From Camelus dromedarius (lineage: Eukaryota): 64,000 nt of DNA. Where the stretch lies: assembly GCF_036321535.1 (NCBI RefSeq), contig NC_087437.1, forward strand, positions 78,742,001 through 78,806,000, written 5' to 3'. The stretch's first letter is position 1; each line of letters opens with the position of its first letter. Both the position numbers and the translations under genes were made by a program. The notes under the pieces were generated by a model. The model saw only the letters and a list, made by a program, of their open reading frames with translations. It did no database searches and was not told where the DNA came from. Below are positions 63,497 to 64,000 of this stretch, one piece after another.

Positions 63497-64000
63497 GCAA
63501 TGAACATGGTGAGGTGCATATATCTTTTCTAATTAGCGTTTCTGAGTTTTTTTAAATATATGTGGAGGAATGGAATTGCTGAGTCATATGTAGTTTTTTT
63601 AAAAAATTTTTTGAGAAACCTCCATACTGTTTTCCACAGTGGCTACACCAATTTACATTTCTACCAACAGTGTACAAGGGTTCCATTTTCTCCACATCCT
63701 TGCCAACACTTGCTATTTGCATTCTTTTTGATGATAGCCATTCTGACAGGTGTGAGGTGATACCTCATTGTGGTTTTGACTTGTATTTCCCTGATGAGTA
63801 GCATTGTTGAGCATCTTCTTATATGACTGTTGGCCATCTGCATATCCTCTTTGGAAAAATGTCTATTAAATTGGGTTGTTTGTTTTTCTGATGAGTTGTA
63901 TAAGCGGTTTACATATGTTGGATATTAATCCCTTATCAGCTATATCATTTGCAAATATTTTCTCCCATTCAGTAGGTTGTTTTTTGGTTTTGTTCATGTT
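63497..64000 (-). mobile_element. LINE-1 ORF2 C-terminal region, continuing off the right edge
   Basis: ORF 63661-63843(-) [38 protein letters not shown]...[16 protein letters not shown] is the L1 ORF2p Cys-rich domain. Confidence 0.93.

Overview
AT-rich, CpG-depleted placental-mammal genomic DNA that looks like a gene desert or deep intron. The young L1 3' ends, Tigger MITEs and apparent absence of ruminant or pig SINEs suggest a cetartiodactyl, possibly a camelid; this is inference only. I find no intact protein-coding gene. Much of the window is interspersed repeat: a young 5'-truncated L1 with a 15-bp TSD, nested L1-in-L1-in-MIR, old L1M and L2, an ERV1 5' end with a tRNA-Ser PBS, an ERVL composite, MLT1/MLT2/LTR16 LTRs, and Tigger and MER58 DNA transposons. 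The standout is a disabled processed pseudogene of DMWD (about 16195-17914). Its centre is a CpG island with an NRF1 motif and a GC box, and a perfect CAG|GTAAGT donor lies near its old stop codon. Together these suggest the dead retrocopy was co-opted as promoter and first exon of a new transcript. A second unexplained structure is a ~240-bp inverted repeat pair (58762-59003 and 61846-62081) about 2.8 kb apart. Repeat family names and parental-gene comparisons come from recalled sequences and were not checked by search.
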